Positions 36,795-51,300 are shown, counted from the whole stretch's first letter. The stretch is DNA of 58,441 nucleotides, filler included, from Sphacelaria rigidula (GCA_964200075.2; 10 parts of 10 records of this genome joined end to end with filler, not necessarily neighbours in it); one strand, 5' to 3'. The notes: a model not told the origin generated them from the letters alone. Translations and numbers: made by a program.

Positions 36795-37838
36795 TTAAAG
36801 GGAGGAGGGGGGGCACGGGAGCAGTTCCCGGTTGATCTTGATCCTGAAGGCTACATCTGAAAATTTTGAAATGAAAAATTTCGTGAAGTGGTCGCCCACG
36901 TGCAAGCTGGCCTCCATCACTACTACGCTCAAGTAATGGAACATCAGGACCATTATTCAGTATACATATATATTGGCTTCCGCCTTGTCGCGAGACCTCC
37001 ACCGCACCCAAGTGACAGACTCGGGAGGGGAGGGGAGGGGTATTCGACAACGGGTGCTTGGAAGATCTAAATAGAGTATAATTAGAAAAAGGCTTGCTGC
37101 CAGGAATTGGACGGAGGTCGAAGGGCCGTGGGAGTGCAGACTCAAGCGCTCGGAGCAAATCGTCAGGAGGACTTGCACCGGGGAAAGCTGGGTCATATCC
37201 TTGTGTCCTGACGGGTGGGGGGGTGGGGGGTGGGGATACTCAGGATCTTGCATGCCGTAGTCATATGAACGTTGACCTCGCACCCCTACAAAGCCGGGAA
37301 GGAACACGCCGAGTTTTCGCCTCACCCGCCTCGCAATTAAAACTCCAAGTGCGAAGCGCGGTAATTTGTTCGGTGAGTCGCATGGCTGGTGAGCTGGATC
37401 CTGCCAAGATTGTTCGGCCCGAAGCGTCCTGGTAATCTGGCATCGGGATGACAGCCTTCAATGAGTTGCTTCATTTTCTGGCACTGCCACTTCCAGAGAC
37501 AGCCACGCGTTCCACACTGCCTCATGGGTGTCTCATCATATAAACACAACGTAGTATGATCACCACCTGCGCGCGGAAAAGAGGTTCTCCCACCCCGCAC
37601 AATATGATCTAGCTCGACCACCGTCATGGTTGCTGTACCGCAAAAACAAAAAACGCAAGCGCGCAAAAACACACAAAATAACTCATCTGGTTGTCTAACT
37701 TACACAGTGAGCGGTGTGTTCTACAGCGTCGTTGCCAACCGACGCCAACCGGGGAACAGGGGGGGGTGGGAGGTTAAGAGTGGGACGACGCAAAAAAAGA
37801 GATGACTCAGCGGTCTTGAAAAAGCAGGCGCACTGTAC

Positions 37839-40531
37839 CTGTTGTGCATACACTTGCCCATCGAGTGCACGGTGTGATGCTTCATGAGCTTCTCCATGTA
37901 CTGCTTGCGAGCCGATGCCCCCGAAATCCTGCAGTTTGACACGAACGCCACGCTGGCATCGGGAGATCCGAAGCCATCTTTCTCCTGTCACCCAGAAAAA
38001 TATGTATACGAACAAAGTCAAGATACAGTAGAACAATCAAAACGTCTGTGCGTTTCGTGTTCGGGACCACAGTCTTGTACCCGGTGTATTTGCCGATCCT
38101 CCGCTCAATGTATATCGCGAGTCTGCTTCGCCCCTTTGTCACACTAGCATGTGTTTCTGTTTCGTCTTCGCGAGAGGGTGATGAAATTTCGACGAACACT
38201 AGTGTGTGAACTTTCCCATCCTACGCGGTGACATCCACACCACCCCCCTCCTCGTATGAGCCTCTTCCTACGTCCTAGCGACACGAGGTGGGTATGAAAT
38301 AGCCGTCTTTGCTTGCCATCGGTAACGTCATCCGTGCACCGCTCTTGCACACGCCGTTCGTATGTACTGAGTTGCCAGGCCAACAATATCCGCGGAAGAC
38401 ATTTTTCCGAGCGTTTTGTGAACTCTGCTTGCTACCCAGTACCGTAGCCATCACCAGATTTCCCATCTCCCCATCGATTCTGCGACTCCTTTGTTGCTCA
38501 CTGCATTTTGTTCGTCATTCTTTTGCCATCGCGATGGTATTACAGGACCCAGAACTCGAAAGACCAAAACGTGAAGACAGGAGCTGATTAGACCCCCCCA
38601 CCACTGTGTTTTGCAGGGTGTACCAACAATTTCCTTCGTAGTATGTGAGTTCCACGGTGGAGAGCGTGAGAACTTGAGTAAACAGATCAAACAGTGCTTT
38701 CGTGAGATGAAGAGTAGAGGATACGATTGAGAATGAAAAGCGGTCAATTAGTTAATCAATCGCTTCAGTTCCGTAATGCCCCTCTCCGAGACCCAATATG
38801 CTTTCCGTAGTGGCCTACCACTGAGGCCCTTGATATCCCTGAGTAGGATTTCGGCGTGTAGCTGCCAGCACACGCCGGTAATGCAGGCAAAGAAAAGCAC
38901 ATACAGAATGAAAATTTGGCTAAGTTACAGCGAATCATCAAAGCCACTCTCGATCAGCGCTCTCCTCCCAATCTCACGAAAACATTGTTAGTAGTCGACT
39001 GAGTTTGTTCGACGAAAGTTGACGCGGTGCGGGAGTGCTGATGGTCATGACCCAATCCGCGAGACCCAAATGCAAGGCGTGTGTCGGGGGAGAAATGGGT
39101 TGATCCCTCGGGACCACGGACTCGTCCGATGGAAGGGGGAAAGTTCAAACTGCGACAAATAAAAAATAAACAGCAAATGATAGAATAATAGAATAATAGA
39201 ATAAAATAATAAAGGAATAAATTATCGGCAAGTATCCTCCCGAAACTTTAGCGGAGCATCAGGAAGAAGACTCGATACCTTGCTCCGTACACATTCCAAA
39301 GCACGCAAATGTTAAGGAATTCGTTTGCTGTGCGACCGCTAAAGTTCCCCCAGTGCCTGCCGAGGACCTCTGAAAAGAAACCAGTAGCTCGTCGCGTAGT
39401 ACACTTGCTAGTGCATCAGCCGCTTTCCCCAACAGCCTTGGTAGTCGTTCATGAGGGTGCCGAGGAATGTCGAGTTGACCCTTGCTTGGTGGCCATGCTA
39501 ATCCTCTTCTGTCATCTGCCTTTCCCTGCTTTTCCTTTTATTTCTCTTTTTTTTCCGGTGCGCTTATTCAGCAGATCTAAAGGGTTCATGTTTTCCTCCT
39601 TCGATCCGATGAACTCGGGGAAAGCTAATTTTCATGTATTTTCTTGGCGTCTCTCTCCTTCTTTCGTTTTGGTGAATATTTTGTTAGACTGTTCGTGTGT
39701 TGGTTTTCGGTCTGGAGTCTCAAAAAATATTATGAGAACTCCCATGTCTTGCGAGGAAAAGCAGGGACGGCACTGGAAAGACGAGCCTACATCTGTGACC
39801 ACGGATTCGAAAGATCAGACTAATGTTTAGAAACAATAAGAAAAATCAGACATGGCTTGGTATGCCAACCAAAAATCTCCCTCTTTTCGGGTGTACCTTA
39901 TCTATACACAACGCAACCTTGGAATCCTCTCATAGTGTCGCCAAAGTGAACAGGTGATGAGACCCCCACCGTACTGTACAACTGTGTTAATTTTTATCTT
40001 GCACATGCTAGTATCCGCGTTCTCTTTTCTCGACTTTTTGGTCAAACATCTTGTCCCCGTGTTTTGTCCTCTCTTCTACCCAAGGTTTTTGGTCTACTGT
40101 ACCGCGTGTCCTCCGTTTTATTCTCTCGCCCCGAGACTACAACACGCTCGAGTATATCAATATTTTCAAGAGCGTTGGCGACTGGGTCCATACCAGATCG
40201 GTAAAAAAACAATCGCTCACTGACGCAATCGATTAATTCAATCCATCAATGAATCAACCGACCCCCAAACGCCTAACCAACGAACACCAACACCACCATA
40301 ACACCCGACGGAAGTCCATCCTGAGAATACGTAACTGCTGTTGTCATCAATCCATTCCGCGCCTAGAGACTCCACCGCACACACGCGCGCGCGAGGTGGC
40401 GATGACTGATTCACCTGGAACGAGAGCTTATCTGACTCGAAATATCGCGACGCCAGAGAGTCCCCGACGTAGCCCAAGGGAAGGTCACTCCGCTGCTCGT
40501 ACGTCATGGTCAAGTCGAAATGCGACATGTA
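37839..40531 (-). CDS. GT10 (alpha-1,3/1,4)-fucosyltransferase, internal fragment; exons 40531-40415 and 37984-37839
   Basis: A phase-0 splice gives YMSHFDLTMTYEQRSDLPLGYVGDSLASRYFESDKLSFQ|EKDGFGSPDASVAFVSNCRISGASARKQYMEKLMKHHTVHSMGKCMHNR. It contains the GT10 motifs F..TMTY...SD.P..Y and FVSNC....R..Y...L.....V.S.GKC. Confidence 0.88.
38692..38987. mobile_element. Possible MITE with CAGTG-type inverted ends, in the GT10 intron
   Basis: cagtgctttcgtgagatg...agag pairs with ctctcctcccaatctcacgaaaacattg. No clean TA duplication is seen. Confidence 0.4.
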
Positions 40532-42392
40532 CTGGTTCCCAAGTCACGCAGCATGGCACAGCACGGCACAGCACGGCACAGCACAGCACATGATAGTGAA
40601 AGCGCGATACGCGTAAAGGGACATGAGGAGAGCGAAGTTGGATGGTAAAGTTGTGGCTTCTCCTAAATGACTCGGATACCGTATAGTCAGTATATGAATC
40701 CAATGGAACGAGGAGCAAAAACGTCACTTGAAAACGCATCCACATACGACGAGAGAAGAAGGTTGATGGAATATTATGGCGCGTCTTCCTTGACCCCACC
40801 CCCCCCCCCCCCCGAATCCAGCTTTCCCCACTCCACTCCCCAAAAAAAAAAGAAAAACAAATAGGAGAGCGGCACACCTNNNNNNNNNNNNNNNNNNNNN
40901 NNNNNNNNNNNNNNNNNNNNNNNTTAATTAATTAANNNNNNNNNNNNNNNNNNNNNNNNNNNNNNNNNNNNNNNNNNNNTTCCCAGGTGCCAGTTTGTTC
41001 GGTGTTCACATCTGCATGTCCTGGTGTCAGGAGGGGGGGGCTGGGGGGGGTACTCATGATCTTGCGCACCGTAATCATATGGCCATCAACCTCACATCCC
41101 TAGAGCTACAAAGCCGGGATAGAACATGCCGAGTTTCCGCCTGACCAGGCTTGCAATCACCGAGAAGCACCGTAATGTGTTCGGCGGGTCGCATGACGGG
41201 TGAGCGCATCCTGCCAAGATTGTACGGCCCAAGGCGTACTGATTATCTTGCGTATGGATGATAGCCTACAGTATATTGGGGGGGGGGAGGGTGTCGGGAG
41301 TGATGCGGGCCCCTACCGTCCATCGTGGAGGTCAGTCACCACGTTGTCACGTGGGCTTCGAATACACCATTTAGCTCATACAAGTGGAACGTAGATGACC
41401 ATGGAAACCCGTGTTCCATCTGTTGCCTTTCGTTGCCCCGTACAAAATATTCTACTTTGCCGAGTAATTCACGTGTACCGTGCTGTAGGGGTACAGTACA
41501 ACAGTGCAACCTCCATCAGAATGGAAACGCTTGGTGCACGGAGATTTTCCCAAGCGGTTGCTTTTCTGGTGTTCCCTTGTTCGTGAGGAATTAGTCGCGT
41601 AGCGCTATCAAGGTGAGAGTGCGTCTCCAACGGACCGGGATAGTCCCTCGTGGTCGGGAAAGAACATCCAGATGTCCGGATTTGGTACGTCGAACACTTG
41701 AGAAAAACGCCAACTACACCACGTGATGTAGTGGCGGAACATCCTACAATTATATGATCATGATCCAAAATCTTCTTGTGTTCATCCGCGAGCTGAATAG
41801 GGTATATACACCACCTCGATACGTTCCCTGATTTCCACCAAAGCATGGATGCGCCGTCAGTGTTGCGCAATGCTTGTGAGTACAGCCAGCATGCACCGCC
41901 GTTCTCAGCGCCTCGTTATACTGACCGTGTATGGCTCGAAGGAGAGGCATGGGAAACCGTTGCTTCGCTTTCCACGTGTAGCCGCCCGTGACGCCGATGT
42001 GTGCGCTACAGAGACCGTATTGAACAGGTAGAGATGAGGTGACTGGCCGCATGCTTTCAAAGCCCACTGTGCTGCAAGGATGCGCTCTCGCACCACATCG
42101 CGGGTGCTATCCCACCCGCGACTGCTGGCTTTACCGACGTTGGAAATATACGAGTCTCTCGACTTGACGATACGATGCGCAAAGTTCAACAGCATTTGAA
42201 ACGCAGTTATCCCGACAGATAGTACGAACATCAGCGACAGCAGTTACACTACCGACTGCTGTTCCTGATACAGCACACTTCCCGCAAGCGGCGTCGACTC
42301 CAACGATGGCGAAACGTCACCTCGGCACGACAGTACTGTCACCCTCCCCCCCCCCCTCCCTCCCCATCCCTATTCACCAGCTTTCGTCATAC

Positions 42393-42572
42393 CTTGGCGA
42401 GAGTTCGGAAGCAGTCGTCTTCTTTTCCGGGTTCACTGCTCGACTGGACTTCAGCGACGACGTAGCTCATGTAGGCTCGAAGCTCGTAGCCCGCCTCGCT
42501 TTTACCCAACAGGTCGAACGCAGGCGCTAAGCCTTGCTCGGCTGATAGGGTCTTTCCAATCATAGATCCCAT
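42393..42572 (-). CDS. SOUL heme-binding family protein, first coding exon
   Basis: MGSMIGKTLSAEQGLAPAFDLLGKSEAGYELRAYMSYVVAEVQSSSEPGKEDDCFRTLAK is followed by a GT donor (aag|gtatga). It parallels plant SOUL N-termini (MG...GK....P.Y.....GYEIR.Y...V.AEV......F..LAKYIGVFG). Confidence 0.8.
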
Positions 42573-45500
42573 CGTTGATATTCGTACCTGTTCGTGGGCG
42601 GTGATAGCGGTTTTTGCGTCGAATGCTGCTGCTGTTACTCCTTACGTTGTAGTGTGGGTGTAATGGTGTGAGGAGGGAGGGTTGAATTGTAATCGGGAAC
42701 CTGGTCTCCTCCACTCGCTGGATTCGTGAGTCAGTCAGCAAATTGAACTGGAACACCGTTACGGCATCAGGGCACTTGCTTCTAGAAGAGAACAAGGAAT
42801 AATGCGATACGGTGTATAACACTACCTGCGACGAGTCTCAATACTGACTTTTCAAAGGACCGAGGGACAACAGAAGAACCTACCGTGACGAGCTCCACGA
42901 AGAAATTGCTAATCATGAGCTCGAATCCTTGGTGGTGAACGTGCCATTACTGTTGCGCGACCATGACTGGACTTGTAACGGTTGAGTCAATCAACATGAG
43001 GGGTATTAAACGGGTGAAGAACTCAAACTGCCCCTGCATTTTTTGCGCACAGCAAGCGAATGTACTCTCTTGAAAATGAACCTCATGACAAGCGCTGTTT
43101 TCTGGCCTTTCTTTCAGGGAACATACAGTGCGAGCGCTTGCGACAAGAATGACACATAGATTACCAGTACAAGTGTACAAATCCGTCCCCCACCATGACA
43201 TCAGCAGTCAGTCGTGTTCAATGTCTTTTCATCCTTTCACGATTTAATTTTTACGAGATTTTTATATTTCGATTTAGGATTTGTAAGGTATCAGTACCCG
43301 CTCATCTCATCTGTATCGCCACACGATAGTCATATACCAGCGAGGCCGCGTGTCAATCGTGAAATCCATCGTACGCAATCCTTCTCGTACTGACTGTACT
43401 GTTTACAAGCCCTCTCTTCTACTCCCTTGTGAACACCACACCCAATTATCCGCTTCCCCGTTTGTGACAACACGCAACAACTCGCTCAGTAGTTGCGGTA
43501 GAAAACCATCATGGCGAATGTATCAAGCAGATCAAGAGGGTGGAGAAGGCCTAGGGCGGTGCTTTGGCTTATGCTAGCCGTCGCTGGTGGTTGCGGTAGG
43601 AACACTGTCACTGCGGAAGACTACTATGGAGGTGGGGGTGGCGATGATGGCTATGGGCCGCCACCTCCGCCGATGCGCACCGGGTGAGCTGTTGTATCTT
43701 ATCCATGTGTGCTCTTTGCATGTACGGTGGTGATCTGGCGGTATACTAAATTTGGTACGTTTTAGGGGTGTTACCAGCCGTATGAGGACAGTAAGTGAAG
43801 TTGCGAACATGTATGTGGGCACAGGGGTAACGTTGCATTTATAGCCGTGCCTCTCGTCTTTTTTGAAGTACGGAGCATGAGCTATTGCTATGAGTTCACC
43901 TCGTGTACAGCTTCTGAATTAATATACCCTTGTACTTTTGTCCGCGCGGTCGGCTGCAAACGTCTTTGTCGTGAAAGGGGATGTTGACCTTGTAGGGGTA
44001 TTGCGGGTCCACGATGCGCCTGTTGACACGTTGACCATGTTGAAATCAAGTAGTGTAGTACAACTTAAGTACAACAGACAGTGATATGGCGAAAGGTGCA
44101 TATTCGCGCAACGAGCGCCGTTGTGCTAGTTAACGATACGCTGCATTGACAGTCACTCCAAGCGTGCCTACACTCAGTGCAGTCACTGCAGCTAATTTCG
44201 TGCCCTCGATGAGATGTGGGGCATTTTCGGGCTAGTTTTTTCGACTCGGTGTTGCAGCACTCCGTCTGCACATTGTTAGACATCGGCTCGATAGGACTCT
44301 GTCATGTTTTTTCAGCCTTGGTGATGAGCAGCAGATAGCCAGGTTGGGGCTGTGTATGTACGGTGGTCGCTACCGTACATACAACGATACGGTGACAGTA
44401 CAGTGTAGTAGTTGATGTACATGGACTGCAACAAGCCTCAGCGCACAGTCATCAGTTGAAGGGCTGAGCAAAGAAGGCCCGAGAGCGAGATCGTATGCCG
44501 TACCCTTTGTCAGTATCTGTACTCTAGAGGGTCGTGTTGGGCTGTAATTCTCGGAACACCTGTGTATGCAGAGTAGCGCACACGACGGATGAGTAACCGT
44601 ATCCGAGAAAGACATATCTTATGTGCCAATTGCAGTAGCTCAGAGCACCTATACTTTCGTGCTGTTGTATGTGACGGAACGGCGTAACACCCGTACGCCG
44701 AATACCACCCCCTGAATGAGAAGCCCAGGTAATGGATCCTGTGGTTATTTTCACCATGTAGGTTTCCGCAATGCTTTCGTAGGGTAGTGGAGTGCGTTGA
44801 ATACCACCCCCTTGAGTAACCCCCGCGAAATATTCATCGTCGGGCCCCCAAATTGATCACTCTGGGGTGTTGTACAACTGTGCCACACGCGGTGTTTGCC
44901 CCACCCCCGGATCGCGATACGGCGTATCATGAAATCTTCATCACTCTCGCCGTAAGAACCAGTCTATTAACCCTTTTGGAACTCGCGAAATACAGTACAG
45001 ATTGCCATATGCGAGCTTTCGTCACCGGCAAAACGTCATTTCTAGCTCGGTGCACGAATCTGTCACATTAGTGTACTTGACCTTAGAGTGGTGCACCGTT
45101 TTGGTGGGCTGCATCATCAACACTTACTGTACTTGCAGAAAAAAAAACATATCTTGCCCCAAAAGACGTCAAATCTAAATCGTCAATTTTCCATCAACAG
45201 TTCCAAAAGGGGTGATGGCGTATGCTGAAACCATGAATCCCGAGAATCGGTTGTGATTGATTTTCATCATTTCAGAAATCAACCGGGCAAGTTCGAATGT
45301 GTTGTCAGAGCGCAAAACTTGAGCCTCGTGCTTGTTTATTCTTGTTTTCGGCTGCGTAGTAGTGGGCAGGAGTAGGCATGCACGCGGGGGCTCTGCCTCA
45401 TCAACACGAAATAAGCCCGCTGTTTAGCTGGCCCGTTTCCACCAGTAGAGTTTACGCCAACTCGGCGACGAAAACTCATGGTTGAAAAAAACCCTCCAGT

Positions 45501-48360
45501 CTTGTGTGTCCTGTGAGTTGTCATTCCATCTATTCTAGACACCAGTCTACACCCTTCGGGATACTTGGGCGCATCAGCCAGGGTCATGCAAAAGTTATTT
45601 TTTTCTATATTTACGTATTATGCACTCCGCCGTCCTTCTGCGGTGCTTGCCTTAATAATAATCGCGAGAAGAGTTCAGCGGTCCCTTCCCTCGTCGACCG
45701 TGAAGTCGAACTTTGTGCGCCTACGATATCGTTCTTCCCTTGCCCAAAAAATCCCTAAATAACAACAAAACCCATCCCAACGCCATCCAACCCGATATAC
45801 ATCGACCCCCCAACAACAACAAAAGCTCATCCCAACGCCATCCAACCCAATTACTACACAAAACATCAATCTGTTAGATGTGTTTTTTTGTGTAGAACTT
45901 CAGCAAAAGAAAATGAGCTCTACGTTCAGTGCCGCCTTCTACGCACTGTACTGTACTGTACTGTACTGTAACTGGCAGGATCGCTCTCCACTCGTGGGCA
46001 TGATGCCACCAAAAAATTCCTGTCTCATTGCCTTGCCCAGCGTGCGCAAAACGCGTTTCGGCTCGAAATGGCGTCGAAGGCATCAATTTGAGCCAGCCAA
46101 AAAAGCGCATGCTTTCCCCAGGTTTTACCGCATGTATCTTCCTTACCTGGGGGTTACTCGCTCTGCCTGAGAGGGTTATGAGACGTCGACTGAGGCGGAC
46201 ACAACGCACTTTGTTGTACCCTGGTTCATCATATGTATCCTCCTCGCTCAAGGTTTAATCGCTTTGCCCTAGTAGAGTCGAGGCATTGATTTCAGCGAAA
46301 ACAACGCACTCTGTTGTAAGCAGGGGGTTCAGTTTATGTGCTACTCGCTCTGCCTGAGCAGAGATTATGCATCGATTTCACCCAAAACAACACATACCGC
46401 ACCCAGGTTTTATCATGTGTATCCTTCTCGCCCGGGGGTTACGAGTACGAGTACTCCCTTTGCCTCAAAACCGTGTGGTAAAACGCAAATTCTTCGATCG
46501 AAAAAGTGCGGTGGGAATAAAGAAAAGTTTCCGATCCGTTAAGGTCTTGTCACTTCAAAGTAAAGGATGTGGGACAGACACAAGTGATGACTTATCTTGA
46601 AATTTGTTTGGAAAAAAAAAATGACGAGCTATTCCGATCGGAATATTTCTCTTCCGCCGCGCCTTTTTCGATCGTGAAATAAAGAAGGGCAATGGCCTAG
46701 AAAAGGTATACCTTCTCGTTTTTTGCCCAAGAANNNNNNNNNNNNNNNNNNNNNNNNNNNNNNNNNNNNNNNNNNNNTTAATTAATTAANNNNNNNNNNN
46801 NNNNNNNNNNNNNNNNNNNNNNNNNNNNNNNNNGGGAGTCCCTCAACAGCATTTAGACGCTGCAGTACTAGCAAACCTGCTAGCGTCACAACACCTTCAT
46901 GAGAACACAATACTTGTACTTTTCCCACGGAAGACCGGATACCTCCCGTCAGGGCAGTGCTCGTGCTCCACTTGTTGAGGCTAGGTTTATGGATGTACTG
47001 CAGTAGTGTGGAGCACACACAGGTTGGTGGTTCTCGCGGGAGTCAGTCCTTCGTGAGGACCAGACAGCTAGTGGGTCGTTGGTCGTGAGAATGATCCCCG
47101 TTAGTGTTGTCTAGGGGGCAGGAGTTGTGAAATCCCAGGAACGTCACGAACGTGCGCTGCACGCCACCCCTGTCGTTTGTGTTTCACGACCGAGGCGGTC
47201 CGAAAAGTTGATCCCTTACGCGGCACGTTTAGAGCGTGCTCTCGACTATACGGGTCTTCAGCCTTTTACTGACTGCATGCCCATGCTTCGGAGCACCATG
47301 ATGACGACCTTCCTCTTCATTGATCGGCTTTTGAACAACATGGGATTTGTTTTGGCGGGGAACCAGTGAAAAGTACGCACGCTCGATGTTTCCTTCCCGG
47401 CCAATCCTGCGAGGACAATCTGAGATCAGTTCGAATTTAATGGTGCAAAGACGCCTCGACAGACGGTCACGATAAATTTTCCGCTCTTACAGGATAGTAT
47501 TAGTAGTATACTTTTTGTACACAGGCACGTGATGATGGTGTGTAACACTTTTGGCCGCCAGGACGGGACAGCAACAACGTTGCATCCACAGATTAAACCC
47601 TTGAACCCTATCTACGGGCTATTGTTGCTCTCCATCGATCACACTTGTACCGCTTCGATCGAAGGGTCGTCCTACGATGATGGGGGGGGGTGTAGTCATG
47701 ATCTTGCACGCCGCAGTCATGAGACCGTTGACCTCGCATCCCTACAAAGCCGGGACGGAGCACGCCGGGCTGTCGCCGGACCAGGCTAGCACTCAAACCA
47801 CCAAGCGCGAAGGGCCGTGATATGTTCGGCGAGTCGCATGAGGGGTGGGCTGCACCCTTCCAAGATTGTTCGGCCTCAAGCGTACTAATTATCTTGCATA
47901 TGCATGGCAGCCGCTAATGAGTTGCTTCATTTTTTTATATCGCCACTTCCAGAGACAGCCACGGGTTGCACACGGCCTCATGGGTGTCTCGGGGGGGCAG
48001 AACCCAGCCACTTCTTGGGAAAGGTATATACAAACAGCTACTTTGAAGTGTCGATATATCTAGCGAGCTTTACTTGAATCATCTTGGTACCGACATAACA
48101 CTCTTACTTGCACCGCTAAGCAGCGTTTTACACTCGCGTACAGGCTCATGATGAGTGTGAGGGATTGTGTAACCCCCCGCCCGCCCCTCTTCTCTGAAGT
48201 CCTCCGTCTAGAAACGGATGCGTGGCCAATGGTCGAACGACAAAGGCAAGCAGCAAATGAGTACCCCCCTCCCCCCCGCTGCTCCCCTCTTTCGTAGGAT
48301 CTCTCGATAGCAGAAAAAGTGTTCGGTTTGACCGCGTGATTGCTGATCCCGTAAAAACAG

Positions 48361-51300
48361 GATTTAGAGCGCGTCATCGACGAGGCTAGGAGACAGGCAA
48401 GGATCGAAGCTCACAGCAGTCTCGGAGCCGAAGCCAAGCGAATTGCCGGTGAAAACAAGCGCATGGCCAAGGAACTGAGGTTTCAAATGCAGGTAGAACC
48501 TACATGTATCCCTGCGAGGATCTTGATTTGATTTGTTGAATGATTGATTGATCGGTAATTAGATTTATTTATTTCACGAAGTAGATCCGCCAGAAATCCG
48601 GCCGTGGTTACAAAATATAGCACATAGACATATCCTACAGGTTAGATCAAGGGGGGAAATAATCATTGCTTAAGGTAACTATAATAGTTGTACTTGCGTG
48701 GAACAGAATAAGTCACAAATAAAAAAAAACGAACAAGGGAACGAAACATGATCATCATGGCAGTACACGGACAAGGTAAGTCAGACTCACATCCAAGAAT
48801 GATCCACATATTTAATCGTTAAAAGGGGAAACAAAAACCATAGAAACGTGGAAATTGTACAAAAACCACATGATACACGAACAATACGGCTCGGAGGGCT
48901 TAAGATGGAGGTGGTCAACAGCACATACAGAATGAACCAGAATTATTTGTGAAATACCAATACAATCGGCTAGGTAATGTTCGCAGTTGTATGTGGCAGT
49001 TCTTTGACGTTACTTTTGTAGTTTCAGACGGAAATAAGCGGATTTTTATAGTGTCGATTCGTTTTTTGTTCCTCCTTTAAACATGCATACCTCTATGATA
49101 TTAAAACCATTTCCCTCCGGCATGTTTTTTTTTTGTTATCAACAATCATCATGCGGCTGCTGCAGATGACAACAGAACTGCAAGCTCACAGCAAAGCTCT
49201 TCAAGATCAGACGGCCAGCACGGCTCGCGATATAGCAATACTCAACGACAAGGACGAAGAGTATGCAAAACAGGGGCAGGCCAAGACAAAGGAGGTACGC
49301 AGGCAGACAGCACAGCGGTATACCAGTCAAGATCCTCTTCAACAGTGTACTGTAAACAACATATCAGTCATTATCTACTTTGTTGGACTAAGTCAGCACA
49401 GCAGGAAACCAGTCATAATCCATAAAGCCGGGACGGAGCACGCCGGGTTCCGCCGGACAAGGGTCGCAGTCATCGAGCGCGAAGCGCCGTGATGTGTTCG
49501 GCGAGTCGCATGAAGGATGAGCTGCATCCTGCTAAGATTGTTCGGCCCGACTCGCACTAATCTTTATCTTGCGTGCGAATAGCAGTCTGGAATGATTTTC
49601 TCCATTTTCTGGTATCGCAACTTCTGACGATGACTACTATACACACTGCCTCATGGGTGTCTCACCATGTAAACACTACGTAGTACGACCATCCCCTTTA
49701 CGCGGAGTTGAGGTTCTCCACCGCGCACAATATGATCTAACTCGATCACCAACATGGTTGGCGGGGGGGTGGGGGGGAGGGGCGACGGGGTGGTGGGCGG
49801 GGGCGAACTGAATGAATGCCCACCCTCACGATACTGTAATTTGAGCTCTGGTTCATTTCACTATTCTCACACTTGATCCTTATCCTATAATGGGGGGCGT
49901 GCGGATCAAGTGACGATTTCTGGCAACAAGTGACGATTTATGATAACGGCGTGGCGTCGTTCTCCAGCGTTTTTTCGTGTCTTCGGGTGCATCGGTGCGT
50001 TGTTTACCCCCCACCCCTCCCCCCTCCCCCCACCCCTTTGCTGCTTGTATTTTGATGCTGTTTCAGCTGAAGAGACTGAGAGGGCAGGTGGCTGCTCTGA
50101 CGAAAGCCCTGATGGATGAGGCCGTCCGGGGTAAGAAGGAGGGAGAACGGGCTAGAGCGGAGGTAAGGAATAATGGTGAAAACAAAATAGTAAGAACTGA
50201 GCCCCGCCCTGAATACCATCTTTCATACTCAAAGAGTGTTCTAAATGAATTCGTTGTTTCAGTTGCTGCTGCTGCTGCTGTTACTGTTGTTGTTACTGTT
50301 GTCGTTAATCTTTTACATTCCTCATTTCGATGATAGTAATCACTGTGACATGATCATGACGAGCATCGTCACTTTTCATGCCTGCAGTACTCCCAACATC
50401 AACCATGGACCTCTTTCTCGAGACAGGGTCGTCTTCTCAAGGCGCCAACCATCCATCTCCCCCCCCCGATATCTGTCTTGCTCTCCTGCTTTTGGGTGCA
50501 CCTCCTGCATCTCGTTGATCTGCATTCAATCATGATAGTCTTGTCAGCTGTCGCTTTCACGTGAAAGACGACCGTAACCGGAAAACTACTTTTCCCACTG
50601 TCAAGACTCGAACCACAATATCCGCCCAGAGCCGCAAGTGTCATTTTCCAAGCTGACCATCGGGACACAACGACACCCTCCGTGAAAACACACGCACACA
50701 CAAAAGCGTCGCGCCCCGGTGGTTTGAATTAAAATGGAATATCAACGGTGAGTTAAGGCGGCAAGGTTGAGGGTTCGCATCCCGGCGAAAAAGGTACGAC
50801 CTCTTCTAGCAGAATCTGGCTTTCGTTGTTGAAAGCGTGAAGAGGCACGTGAGTAGCGAAAAAAATCGACGATGGTTGATGGAGTGTAGTAGTGCTGGTC
50901 AGGGGAGGGATGGGTTGATCCCTGGAGAATACGGGACTCTTTCCGAGGACGGGGGAGATCGATAACGTGATCTTCTTAGCCCTTGTTCGTTTCACGATTA
51001 TCTTACATGACCCATATCCTGTAAGCGGGTTCAGAGTATATCGAGGAAGCAGGCCAGGCATCCAGCAAAAATAGATGTGCGTACACGCAGCAAAGGCAAT
51101 GTATGTGTTCGTCTTTACCCCCCTGAGAATGTCAATATGTATGTGAATTACTATAGCCTCCAACATTTGCTACTGTACCTGCACAGTGAGAGTCAGGTGT
51201 TATTGTACTGCGCCTTCTTCTGGTGAGCATTTATATTTTTTACTGCCGTCTATTTTAATGTATTCTGCGACGTATATGCACGACGGTGGCCGTGCGCTGA

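Noticed and set aside
35126..37838. Next GT10 exon (YKF.LAFEN motif) on the minus strand
   Set aside because: The candidate acceptors I checked gave stops or unrelated peptides; no supportable exon was found.
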